NCBI RefSeq assembly: GCF_001194135.2
Contig: NC_068994.1
Span: 48,054,256 to 48,118,255, forward strand
Source: Octopus bimaculoides
Taxonomy: Eukaryota
Length of the DNA: 64,000 bases
Direction of reading: 5' to 3'
Shown here: in pieces, positions 37,954 to 47,890 of the stretch
Layout of the letters: the number at the start of each line of letters is the position of its first letter
How positions within the stretch are numbered: the first letter of the stretch is position 1
Translations under genes and position numbers: made by a program
The notes under the pieces: generated by a model
What the model saw: the letters and a program-made list of their open reading frames with translations, nothing else
What the model was told of the DNA's origin: nothing
Databases searched by the model: none

Positions 37954-40900
37954 CTTCTTACCTATTGAGGCTAAAGTTCTGTGAGGATCTAAAGAACCTT
38001 CTGTTCTTCCAGTCTTCCGAGAAGCAGCAGCAGCAGCAGCAGCAGCAGCTTGGACAGCGGCATCTTTTACCTTCTTCTCCCTATAAACAATTAATGAGTT
38101 TCATGAAAGACATAGTATTAGTTTGCAAAGTAATAACATTTATTATAGAAAACAATGCAGAAGATGAAAAAGCAGTTTGAGTGTAGGATTAGGATGGTCA
38201 CCTAACAGCTAGAAATAGCAGCAAAAAAAAAAAAAAGAAAAAAAATCTCCTTCAAACTATATCCTGACCTGGCTCTCTGTCAGTTACAAGCGGTTCCATT
38301 GATTTGATCAATGGAAGAGCCTGTTCGTGAGATTAATGTGCAAGTGACTGGGTATTCCACAGGCATGTGTACCCTTAACATAGTTCTCAAGGAGATTCAG
38401 TGAAAGAATGTGACAAAGCTGGCTCTTTTTAATTACAGCTACAACTCATTTTTGCCAGCTGAGTGAACTGGAGCAATGTGAAATAAAGTGTCTTGCTCAA
38501 GGTCACAACGTACTTCTGGGAATTGAACACACAACCTCACAATACCCTCAAACTATACCCTACTGCCTTAAATAAGGAAAGGATATGTTAGATAGTTTAA
38601 CCATAGATTCTCCTAGAAGAGACAGTCTGATCATGACTGGAATACATTTGGACACAGGTCTGCTTTATCAAAGATGACCTGGGGCTAAATAACATGCTCT
38701 GCTTTTTTCTTGAGTGCCTTTAGCAGAGTTCACTCTGTGACAAGCACTGAAACGAGATCCCTGGTTCCCTCCTTGCCTACACTTATACTACAGATGCTGC
38801 TTAAGATGGCCAACAGCAGCATCAATCTCACCAGTCTGAGAAGGCATGCAAATGTCATGAGCTCTACTTCTCGTCCTCTTCTGAATAATTTGTTAAAAAA
38901 AAAAAACTTGACCAGTCTTTGAGTCTATTAAATTACTTGACCTTTTTACATGACCAGAAATATCCATCAATGCATGGCTAACACACAAAATATACCCACA
39001 GAATCATACATACACACATAAATATACATGCTAAAATACATGCACTCATACTCACAAAAACACATACACATACAAATATACACACAAATATATATAAAAA
39101 CAACACAAATACACACACTAAAACATACATTCACACATAAATTTACACACAAAATGCTGGTGGCATGTAAAAAGCACCATTTGAGTGCGGCCGATGTCAG
39201 TGCCGCCTGACAGGCACCTGTGCCGGTGGCATGTAAAAAACACCATTCAAGTGTGGTCGATGCCAGTGCTGCCTGACTGGCTCCCATGCCAGTGGCATGT
39301 AAAAAGCATCCACTACACTCTCAGAGTGGTTGGCGTTAGGAAGGACATCCAGCTGTAGAAACCTTGCCAAATCAGATTGGAGCTTGGAGCAGCCTCCTGG
39401 CTTGCCAATCTTCGGTCAAACCATCCAACCCATGCCAGCACCAAAAGCAGATGTTAAACGACGATGATGACACGCATAAACACATACACTAATTAACAGA
39501 AGTCGATCAACAATATTACTTACTGGACCATGGCTTCCCATACTTCTTGGATACAGTCATCAAACTGGCCGTTTTTTATGCATTCAATTTCTCGTTTTAA
39601 CTTTCTGGTATATAAATAGAGGGAGTCAATAATGAGTATTCCATCACACACACACACATGATGCAATAGTTTGATATTTTTTAAAAAACTACAAGATAAC
39701 TATATTAAGATTCCATCTATATAACTCATTGCATCCAAGTTCCATCTGTATAATTTAATACATAATTGGTTCCATGAAAAAGCACCTAGCACACTCTGTA
39801 AAATGCCTGGTGTTAAGAAGGGCACCCAACCATGGAAACCAATCTAAAAATGAAATACATGAGTAAGATGTGGTTTCCCCACCATCTAACCCATACTAAC
39901 ATAGAAAGCAGACATAAAACTATGAAGCTGATGTTTCATCTATAGAACATATTACTTATGAGCTCCATTCCAACTCATTAAATATGAGTCCCAACTATAT
40001 CATCATTGTTTTAATGTCCACTTTTCCATGCTTACATGGGTCAGACAGCATTTGCTGAGGCAGTTTCTTACACAAATAATATTTGACAAGACTTAGTGAA
40101 AAATATTGAATGTCTGAAAACTTCCCACCATCACCAGTCTTTGCTTGCAATAATACTATTGATACAGTTGCATTTTAATTGGCATATATAACTATAAGGA
40201 ATAAGAAATAATGGGACTGGCTACAAGATATTTTTTATGGATTAGTCAAAGGAAGACAGGGAGCTTTTTTTCTCATTTTCTGTCTTATATTGGTAGTCAT
40301 TTATGAAAATTTTACCCAAACTTCTGATAAATTTGAAGTTTCAGCAATTCAAGTAATAGTTTAAATAAGTAAATGAGCCAACAGTTATAACCAGATCACG
40401 AGTTAAAAACAAAGTACAAACTTCCATATTATACAAACCTGTATCTGTTTTCTTCTTCAACGATAATTTTTTTCAATTCTTCAAGTCGATCCATGGTGAG
40501 TTTGCGTACAATTAATTCACCAGGAGTTTCATTAGCTTCTTTATCACTACGTTTTCTTCTAGAGGAAAAATGTCAAAAAAAAAGACAAACAAACCAAAAC
40601 AATATAATTTACTCTATTAAGTTTATACAGTGGAATACAGCTCAAATATCAGGGATCACATATAAACATCCTTGACAAGATTCAAAACAAAGTCATTTGA
40701 CAGACTGCCGAAAGACCTGACTCCCACCATTAAGTTACAACTACTAGTTTACAGAAACCGTCTTTTCTCTCCACTTCTTTTGTTACAACAATGACCTCTT
40801 CTCTGAACCTAAAGATTCAGTACAATCTCCTCCTATGAATCACTTGCCATCTCCACTCTTCACACTGACCCTCCCAAATTATTGTAATGCTTATTTGTTC

Positions 40901-43900
40901 ACATTGTTTTGAATTAATCATGTATTATCTCATAGCTTCAAGATTTTGATGATGTGGTAGTATATTTTTAGAGTGATATTGTAGGGATAGGTGTGAAGGG
41001 TCGGATTAAACACCAAAGGGTTAATGACCATTTTTCCATGTTTGCATGGGTCAGAAAGAATTCTTTGAGGCAAATTTTTCCATGGATGGATGCCCTTCCT
41101 GTCATTAACTGTCACCTGTTTCCAAGTAAGGTAATATTTCTCCATGGCCAGACAAGTTTTCTCAGAAGACTAGAAATGAAGGGCACCACTTGTATCACAG
41201 TGACATCTCATTTATATCTATCATGTAATATCAACACACACACACACAATGGTCATTTTTTAGTTTCCATATAGTAAATCCACCCAAAAGACTTTGGTCA
41301 GCCTGGGGCTATAGAAGACACATGCTCAAGGTGTCATACAGTAGGACTGAACCCAAAGCCATGTTGCTAATAATACTTATATTTAATATACATCACATCT
41401 TGCATACAACAGTATTTTAGGTCACAGACTTCCAGCAGGCAAATCACTGGTTCACTGCATTAACAATGTTAAGAATAATGAGGAAGTGCACATGCAACTT
41501 GAGAGAGAAAATACAAGGGTTAGATTTCTTTTGCCAAGGGCCATATCTTTTGTGGATATACACAAACACATTGAAGGAGGTAATGATTTTAACTAACATT
41601 TGGTAAGGATAACTACAGAAGTTTTTACTTACTTTGGGATTTCCACTTTCTCCAATAACTCTGCATACAGTAAGGCACAATTCTGGAATGAAGACAACAT
41701 TTATTCTTACCAGAATCAGTGTTTTCTTGGTATTGAATATAATGACTTTATTTTTTTTTTTTACTTTGCAACTGTACACTTGACAAAATAGGGGCTCATT
41801 TGGATACCCTATTTTGTACTGTTCACCCCAACCAATGTCATCTGGATGTGGTGCTAAGCGAGACCCATTAGACAAATGGAAGGAAGAGAATCATCATCAA
41901 CAAATGTCAGTTTTCTATGCTGGCATGTGTGTGTGTACGTGTACATATATATGCATAAAAAATGAAAAATTGTGCAAAGTTCAAGTTTACCTTTTGAGAG
42001 AACCAATCTGCAGGTCGAGATCCTCCTTCAGCAAATGCTTTAATTGCACGACTGACAGACATCCTAAATAGAAAATAATAATTTTTTTTTGCAATCCATT
42101 AAAGAGATTTGGAGTGCACTTGCCAGTATTGACATTAAATGGTATATGAGTTTTTCTCTTTATATGAAGAGCAAAGAAAGGCCAATGAATTTAGAGATTT
42201 TATATGTGGTTATATAAGATTTGTGAGGGTGTGCGATACATGAGCAGTGAGTGCAGAGAAGTATATTAAGTGTAACCTGGATGAATGGCTCAGTGTTTAA
42301 AGCATTGAGCTTACAATCATGAGATTATGAGTTCAATTCCCAGATGGGCTACATGTGTTGTGTCCTTAAACAAGGCATTTTATTTCAAGTTGCTCCAGTT
42401 CACTCAGCTATAGAAATGAGTTGCAATGTCACTGGTGCCAAGCTGTATCGGTCATTGCTTTTCCCTTGAATAACATCAGTGGCATGGAGAGGAGACATGA
42501 GTGACTTGGTCTTCCACAAAAATCTTGCGTGGACTTGTGCCTCAGAAAGAAACTTTCTAGTTGCAATCTCATGGTCATTCATGACCAAAGGGGGTCTTTA
42601 CCCCACCCCCACTTACAAGGTGTGTATGGTAATAATAATGATACATGAGCAATGAATACACAGGACTATTAGTGACATATGTAAGACATGTGATAGTGTA
42701 TTGTAGTGAAACATAAGTGACTGTAGAGGTCTGTTTGTAGTGTGTAAAAAGTATGAATGGTGTATGACAGTGAACAAGGACTATGAGATGTTTAAGAAGT
42801 GCGATAGTTTTTAGTGGTGAATGTAGAACACAGTATGAGATGCAAGTAAAATCATACACAGAGAAAAGTTGACAGACACACCCAAATGACGTCATGCAGA
42901 CAGCCACAGACAAATGAGAGATCACACAGGAGAAAAATAAAATAAGAAGAAAATTTTACCAGTTCTGGTCACCATTCTTCATAACAGAACAGGCCAGCGA
43001 AAGTTGTTCTTTGATTGACCATTTGTCTAACAGAACATGTTTCCCTTTGTGTTCTGGAAATAAAGTCAGATTTTAAAAAAATAAAATCATTTACATACAT
43101 TATTGTCATAGAATATGAAAAGAACCAATAACACATTATACAATATGCTGCAGTGTATTTAGTTACATTTATTTACATCATGAGTTCAAATCCTGCTGAA
43201 GTCAGTTTTGACAAAATAAAGTACTAGTTAATTACTTGGATCAATATAATCAACTATTCTCCTCCTCCAAATTTCTGGCTTTTTACCCAGGGTAGCAGAT
43301 TAGCAGAATCATTAAGGTGTCAGGCACAATGCTTTATGTTATATATCCCAGCTCTTTACATTCTGATTTCAAATCCTGCCATAGTCAACTTTGCCTTTCA
43401 TCCATCCAGGAGTGATAAAATGAAGAACCAGTCAAGTACTACAGTTGATACAATCAACTAGCTTCTCTGCTCAAAACCACTAGCCTTGTGCCTAAATTAG
43501 AAACATTTTTGTTGTTTTATTATTATTATTATCCTTCCATTTCCAGGAGTGGTGTATAATTTGCAAGAGACTTGGCTGTTATTTCTAACAGATCGAGTTA
43601 CCCGTAGAAGTTTCCTTGAATGTTACTCCAGCTCTACTAATTCTGTTATGATTTCTAAAATAAATAAAGCACAAGACCACAAATTCTTAAGTGGGGACTA
43701 TATGCGACTGTGTCGATTCTAGTGTTTGTAGCAACCTCTAGCTAGAACAATAAGGTTCCTCAATCTGCTAGAAATATCATCCAAATCCACTCAAAGCACA
43801 CTCTACTGTGTCCAAAAAAAAAAAAAAAAAAAAAAGGAATAACACATTGGATACCATAAAAGGACCCAATAATCAAAGGCTGGAACGCTTTTGACCATAA

Positions 43901-45327
43901 GTCAAATCAATCAGATTGATTTAGGAGCCAAACAACAACAAAAACAACTTCTGAACAGTTATCGCTTAATTAACTACACTCGAAAGGTGTAAGCCCTTCA
44001 TAAGAGGCCGTGCAGTGGGATCGAATCAGGAACAATGTTGTTGTGATCCCACCGAATAGAAAAAATGAAATTTTAGTTTTCGGTAGTCACTTAGAACCAC
44101 ACAATACAATATGTCCTCTTTTAAGGGTTTCATTTATAAGAAACAACCTACATGGTCCCTCGATCTGTTTGGAATAGCAGCCAACCGTCACTAAGATAAT
44201 AATCTATCATCAGAGAAAAAAAAGACCAGATAGCTATGGTTCGAAGACTAGATTACTTAATCGGGGATTGACGTAATTGCACAACAGCATAGAAGCATCG
44301 TCGTCAGCTTGTAGTGATTTCAAATCGCAGTTGCCGAAAGCTAATTTCCATAATTTATATGGCTAATTTTGTTATGTTGTATCTAAGAAAACTTTATCAT
44401 TAACTAAAACAATGTATGACTCATTTTTTAAAGATATACATATTTTTCTTTAATATGATTTAGGCTTTTCATTCGAAACAGTCGGTTTCGAGTGTTGGAA
44501 TTGAGAGGGAAACTGCATTGCGTCGAAAGAAAGAGTTTTGTCCCTTATTGTTTTGAGTATTGCGTTCGCGTTCGATTTTTGCTTTTCATTTCACTGAGGG
44601 AGGTTGATATAAAAATAAATACCAGAAATACTGAATCCAGCAACTACTCTCTTAATATGTATAAATATATATAAAGGAATATCAAACTTGAATGTCTATA
44701 TATATACAATATACGAGTTATCAACCCAAATATCCTCGCATTTCTGTGTGTAAACGGCGCAATGCAGTTTTCTTCAATTGGATGTATGTGAATGTGTGGT
44801 GGAGTTTACTTCATAGATGCAGAAAAGTGCAAGGAATTGGGCGGGGTTGGTTTTTTAAAATCTTGTTTTATTTGTTTTATGCAACGGGAATAACCATTCT
44901 GAAAGAATTTTTGATAATTTTTCGAAGAAAGTATCTGAAAAGTGATTGCTGAATTTTCTTCAACAAGAGATTTCAGTTTTTTAAATACTTTTGCCTCCCC
45001 TTCCTTCTAATTCCTTACCCTTTTCATTAAGTAGTGATAGCTATTCCGTAACTCAGCTGTGTGTGTATGTGTGTGTAAGTGAGCGTGCGTGCGTGCATGC
45101 GGATTTTGGTAGTTCAATGGTAAACAAAAACATGAGCGCTCATACATATACTACAATAAAAGGATGATTATGTACAATAGACACAGTAATTAGGGGCGGA
45201 AGACTTAAATTTCAATCGGATATCTAAATTTTGAAAAAACACTACAAGAGAAAATGCAAACTGAATATATAAATATAGAAATACAAAGATAGATAGAGCG
45301 AGTTTACTCACTAGGAGCGGTAGCCAT
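21685..45327 (-). CDS. BRD8: Bromodomain-containing protein 8 (NuA4/TIP60 subunit); 20 coding exons, 3255 nt, 1084 aa
   Basis: Phase-consistent GT-AG exons. N-terminal WSIKEQLSLACSVMKNGDQNWMSVSRAIK..RPADWFSQK, central APTLSKLL, SDSIPNSPAS, WKKSIMLVYRAAA, and bromodomain YANVFLHPV..APGYHSIVHRPMDLSAIKKNIENG..EFQRDMMLMFTNAIMYN match recalled human BRD8. Confidence 0.95.
22345..22505 (+). mobile_element. RTE-clade LINE ORF2 C-terminal fragment
   Basis: SALREKSDLTSIRCGVQERRLRWYGHVLRMNEDRCVKKC contains the RTE hallmark RRLRWxGHVxRM. Confidence 0.8.
22687..22767 (-). CDS. BRD8: BRD8 exon 19
   Basis: QFVSTQLMVQTEPKMLRPSRRMENIEK. Confidence 0.92.
22880..23430 (-). mobile_element. Stack of three family B SINEs
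   Basis: Three GGATGAA..CAAAG cores separated by (AAT)n tails. Confidence 0.7.
23700..23798. mobile_element. hAT/Charlie-type MITE end
   Basis: Ends AAAAAGTTTGAGAAACACTG, the reverse complement of a CAGTGTTTCTCAAAC-type TIR; no partner end seen. Confidence 0.4.
23901..24078 (-). CDS. BRD8: BRD8 exon 18 (bromodomain)
   Basis: PMDLSAIKKNIENGVIRSTTEFQRDMMLMFTNAIMYNSSDHNVY..HIE. Confidence 0.97.
24255..24323 (-). CDS. BRD8: BRD8 exon 17 (bromodomain)
   Basis: YANVFLHPVREEIAPGYHSIVH. Confidence 0.95.
24904..24984 (-). CDS. BRD8: BRD8 exon 16
   Basis: SDTEDEKAYRTWKKSIMLVYRAAATH. Confidence 0.95.
26429..26850 (+). mobile_element. Full-length young family A SINE
   Basis: tRNA-like head with A box (TGACTGTGTGG) and B box (GGTTCAGTCCC), CCTTGGGCAAG-type CORE-like segment, internal (TA/TG)n, purine-rich tail. 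Confidence 0.85.
26909..27084 (-). CDS. BRD8: BRD8 exon 15
   Basis: EDEKKEDG..ESDDP..ALSDSIPNSPASLSH. Confidence 0.92.
28100..28223. mobile_element. Short MITE with CAGT(A/G)GC..AGCT TIRs
   Basis: CAGTAGCACAGCT..AGCTATGCCACTG; same family as 30369-30523. Confidence 0.5.
28881..28930 (-). CDS. BRD8: BRD8 exon 14
   Basis: GRKKGGINRRNVKRQII; supplies the required phase 1 to 0 bridge; donor GTGAGT. Confidence 0.8.
29640..29844 (-). CDS. BRD8: BRD8 exon 13
   Basis: ETSKDSSDD..MKDEPPSPSSSVSS..AGRPRGRGR. Confidence 0.88.
30199..30556. mobile_element. piggyBac-type TTAA MITE carrying a nested MITE (30369-30523)
   Basis: TTAA|CCCTTTAGCATTT..AAATGCTAAAGGG|TTAA; inner TIRs CATTAGTGTAGCT / AGCTACGCTAGTG. 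Confidence 0.8.
30663..30967 (-). CDS. BRD8: BRD8 exon 12
   Basis: ETIEEKIPVPNIQDED..QTQLKMD. Confidence 0.85.
31460..32510 (-). mobile_element. Two degenerate family A SINEs (31460-31850, 32180-32510)
   Basis: GCCC(A/C)AGGTG..GACTGAAC..TGGTTGCAA head segments in reverse orientation. Confidence 0.65.
32602..32802 (-). CDS. BRD8: BRD8 exon 11
   Basis: SAPTLSKLLGTP..PQSVTQ; symmetric phase 1-1, 201 nt. Confidence 0.88.
33405..33810 (+). mobile_element. Family A SINE
   Basis: GGCACCTTGGGCAAGTGTCTTCTACTATAGCC..AATAAGTCCTGGGGTC. Confidence 0.8.
34948..35374 (-). CDS. BRD8: BRD8 exon 10 (S/T-rich)
   Basis: EAEQEHSAFQALQHLQVPV..VDNTSPST; donor GTAAGT. Confidence 0.85.
35570..35722 (-). mobile_element. 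Family B SINE
   Basis: AAAGTTGACCTCAGCGGAATTTGAACTCAGAAC..TCTGCCAGCTC. Confidence 0.7.
35857..36588 (-). CDS. BRD8: BRD8 exon 9 (poly-T/S/Q/P, 244 codons)
   Basis: EAEDFEPRH..poly-Q..PPSSPLLSSLLQSKLKSADSLQQLKK; CAG acceptor, AAG|GTTTGT donor, phase 0-0. Confidence 0.85.
37155..37273 (-). CDS. BRD8: BRD8 exon 8
   Basis: GSFKIKRPNPKRSRPPSSTDVFDDKDDEPTTETSTAEKIT. Confidence 0.8.
37360..37468. repeat. 36-bp perfect inverted repeat in BRD8 intron 7
   Basis: Arms 37366-37401 and 37427-37462 exact; 25-nt spacer; extends ~6 more bp with one mismatch. Confidence 0.9.
37998..38080 (-). CDS. BRD8: BRD8 exon 7 (poly-Ala)
   Basis: EKKVKDAAVQ(A)9SRKTGRTE; phase 2 to 1 fits both neighbours; weak donor GTTCTT. 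Confidence 0.75.
39155..39470 (+). mobile_element. RTE-LINE 3' UTR with ~65-bp internal tandem units
   Basis: Three GTGGCATGTAAAAA(G/A)CA units, then GGAAGGACATCCAGCTGTAG and ..GTTAAACGACGATGATG tail. Confidence 0.75.
39524..39604 (-). CDS. BRD8: BRD8 exon 6
   Basis: KLKREIECIKNGQFDDCIQEVWEAMV. Confidence 0.9.
40439..40558 (-). CDS. BRD8: BRD8 exon 5
   Basis: RKRSDKEANETPGELIVRKLTMDRLEELKKIIVEEENRY. Confidence 0.93.
41633..41682 (-). CDS. BRD8: BRD8 exon 4
   Basis: NCALLYAELLEKVEIPK. Confidence 0.9.
41991..42063 (-). CDS. BRD8: BRD8 exon 3
   Basis: MSVSRAIKAFAEGGSRPADWFSQK. Confidence 0.95.
42280..42600 (+). mobile_element. tRNA-derived SINE family C
   Basis: TGGCTCAGTG A box, GAGTTCAATTCCC B box, GTTGCTCCAGTTCACTCAGCT core. 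Confidence 0.65.
42960..43053 (-). CDS. BRD8: BRD8 exon 2
   Basis: KHKGKHVLLDKWSIKEQLSLACSVMKNGDQNW. Confidence 0.95.
43150..43500 (+). mobile_element. Two family B SINE copies
   Basis: TTCAAATCCTGC..GTCAACTTTGCCTTTCATCC. Confidence 0.6.
45312..45327 (-). CDS. BRD8: BRD8 exon 1
   Basis: MATAP, A|GTGAGT. Confidence 0.8.
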
Positions 45328-45620
45328 GTTACACTCGGGTCTGCGAGCCGAATGGAAATGTTCTAGTCGCACGATCACGTTAATTAAGCATGTAAGATAA
45401 ACAAATTCGATTTTGTTTGTGCAAGTATGTGTTTTGTTTTAAACGACTTAGGAAGGAGCGATGCGTTTCTATTTCCGTTTTGATCGCGACCGTTCTTAGG
45501 CTTTAATCGTGTAAGGGATCTGATTGTTTCCCCAGTATAGTCGAGTGGAGTGTATTTGTCACGTGACAACCGGTAATTGTTAATATGGCGGTTGTACAGA
45601 GTTGGTAGCCGCCATATTCA
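45328..45620 (-). promoter_or_regulatory. BRD8 promoter/5'UTR with palindromic E-box and paired YY1-like sites
   Basis: GTCACGTGAC 45558-45567; AATATGGCGG 45582-45591 and CCGCCATATT 45609-45618; CpG enrichment ~44.0-46.4 kb. Confidence 0.6.
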
Positions 45621-47009
45621 TACTTTCACTTCCACTCCTTCTTTTCTTCTTCCCAATTTGAATAACGTACACCTTTTGGTTTCATTGTAGCTGGTGGACA
45701 TGAAAGTATATTCTCATAGTCTTCTCGATATCCAGCTTCAACATCAAAATTATAGAATTAAACGAAACAGAATGTTTTAACGAATTATAGTATAATTAAA
45801 ATTTGTGGGTGACTAAAAAAAAAATTTAAGGTATATACGAATAGTACCAATGAAAGATAATTGATAATATTTTTTAAAGTTAACATTTGTGATAAATTAG
45901 ATTTTCAATTATTATTGATAAAAATATTAGACATTATATCAATTCGAAAGAGAGAACGGTAATACGGACTTGAACTGCAGCTTCTCGAATGCCAGCTCAT
46001 ATTGGTGCTTCTTGAGATCTAATACCATTTACAATCAAATCTTAGCACATACTTTCTAATTATTAATTTTGTTTCAATAAAATTATATTTTTTCAATCAT
46101 TCGAATACAGAAAAAGTCTCATGTTAGAACTAAAACTTCAAGTCTATCTGAATATTTTATTGTCCGTTTCAACATTGTCGTTTCGATGATGACCTAGTCT
46201 TGGATTCACACTGTGAAGAATTAACGTCTGTTATGTCCTCCAAGTTTTTTAAAAATAACTATTCAAATAGTAGTTAGACATTGTGACCGAAAAGTGTGAA
46301 ATATTTAAGTATTTCACATACAGGAATGAACGCGATGAGTTTAATTTACCGTGGGATGCACTTCGTTTGAGAATGAGAAAGAAAAAGTGTTATCGCTTCG
46401 ACAGTAAAATAACCATACATACTCGAATGGAAAAGTAAACTAATATAGGCTTCTTATTTCTGATTAAAGAATTAAAAGAAAACAAAATTATCTTTCAAGT
46501 GTGCGTCATTGATCAAAACTAACATTACTGTAGTGCTCTATTCTTGCTTGGACTCAACTCAATGGTAGTTTTCCTAGGATGTAAAGCATTTCAAACCAAG
46601 ACCATGCCATATATNNNNNNNNNNNNNNNNNNNNNNNNNNNNNNNNNNNNNNNNNNNNNNNNNNNNNNNNNNNNNNNNNNNNNNNNNNNNNNNNNNNNNN
46701 NNNNNNNNNNNNNNNNNNNNNNNNNNNNNNNNNNNNNNNNNNNNNNNNNNNNNNNNNNNNNNNNNNNNNNNNNNNNNNNNNNNNNNNNNNNNNNNNNNNN
46801 NNNNNNNNNNNNNNNNNNNNNNNNNNNNNNNNNNNNNNNNNNNNNNNNNNNNNNNNNNNNNNNNNNNNNNNNNNNNNNNNNNNNNNNNNNNNNNNNNNNN
46901 NNNNNNNNNNNNNNNNNNNNNNNNNNNNNNNNNNNNNNNNNNNNNNNNNNNNNNNNNNNNNNNGACCAACAGTACACTTAGACTGTGAGGTTCCCAATCT
47001 TATTTATGG

Positions 47010-47890
47010 ATCTTACCTTTTGGCCGGCACATTTAAAAAATAATTTTTTGTAACTAAACACTTTCAAAATTCGTATACTTGTAGAATGTGTCACATAAAA
47101 CATCATTTACTCTTGGCGTTTTTGAGAAAATTGCGTATTTTCGAAGTTATTTCGTGTTAAAGTTGTCGTATTTCGGTAATTTCAACCAATCAATGACGTC
47201 TATTGAGGTGAACACAATTACTGCTGTCGTTTGTCAACAGAACGTTCCGGCGGTGTATATTTAGTTTGTCACTGTTATTTCTGACATATTTCATTTGAGA
47301 TACACGTGTGTATAATTTAATCGTTTCAGTTATTGGTTATTTTTTTCCATTTTTTCAGTTTGTTTTGTTTGGGAAATTATTTTCGTTTACTTTTTGTTTG
47401 TAATTTGAATTGGGTTCAGTCCACAGCTGCACTGTGGCTCATCCCCAGTTCTTCTACGGTTGTGGGTAACCACAAGCTATCTTTCTTTTCCAGCTTGTTT
47501 ACATACTGCGTAACAGTTTGTTTCCGCAGTGATCGCTTCAAACAAGCATGCTGCAAAAAAATAATAATAATAAGTCTATTGGTTTCGCTTCTTGAGTAAG
47601 ACTGTGAGTAGACCCTGTCTTCTCAGAAAAATTGTAAATAAAAACATTAAAAAAGTTTTTACTCCATTCTGGTGTAAATCACCCTGTTGCCGCTTTCAGT
47701 TTCTTCAGAATCGCTGCTTTCGGGTTCGGATACAGAAATATCCGATTCATTTTCGTTCACCATGTGTTTTTGTACCTCTTTCATTCTTTTAAATATATTT
47801 GTGTAGGAATTGCCAATTTCTTCTTCGTGCCCTTATTTACAATTATTAGTGCAGCTTTTCCTTTTTCTATGCTTCTCTGCCTATACTGCT
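47010..47890 (-). mobile_element. piggyBac-derived element with transposase remnants
   Basis: Acidic MVNENESDISVSEPESSDSEETES (47763-47690) and frameshifted LFEAITAETNCYA/QYVNKLEKKDSLWLPTTVEEL (47550-47440) resemble the PGBD motif IVxETNxYA..WxPTTxEEL; CpG-rich. Confidence 0.45.
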
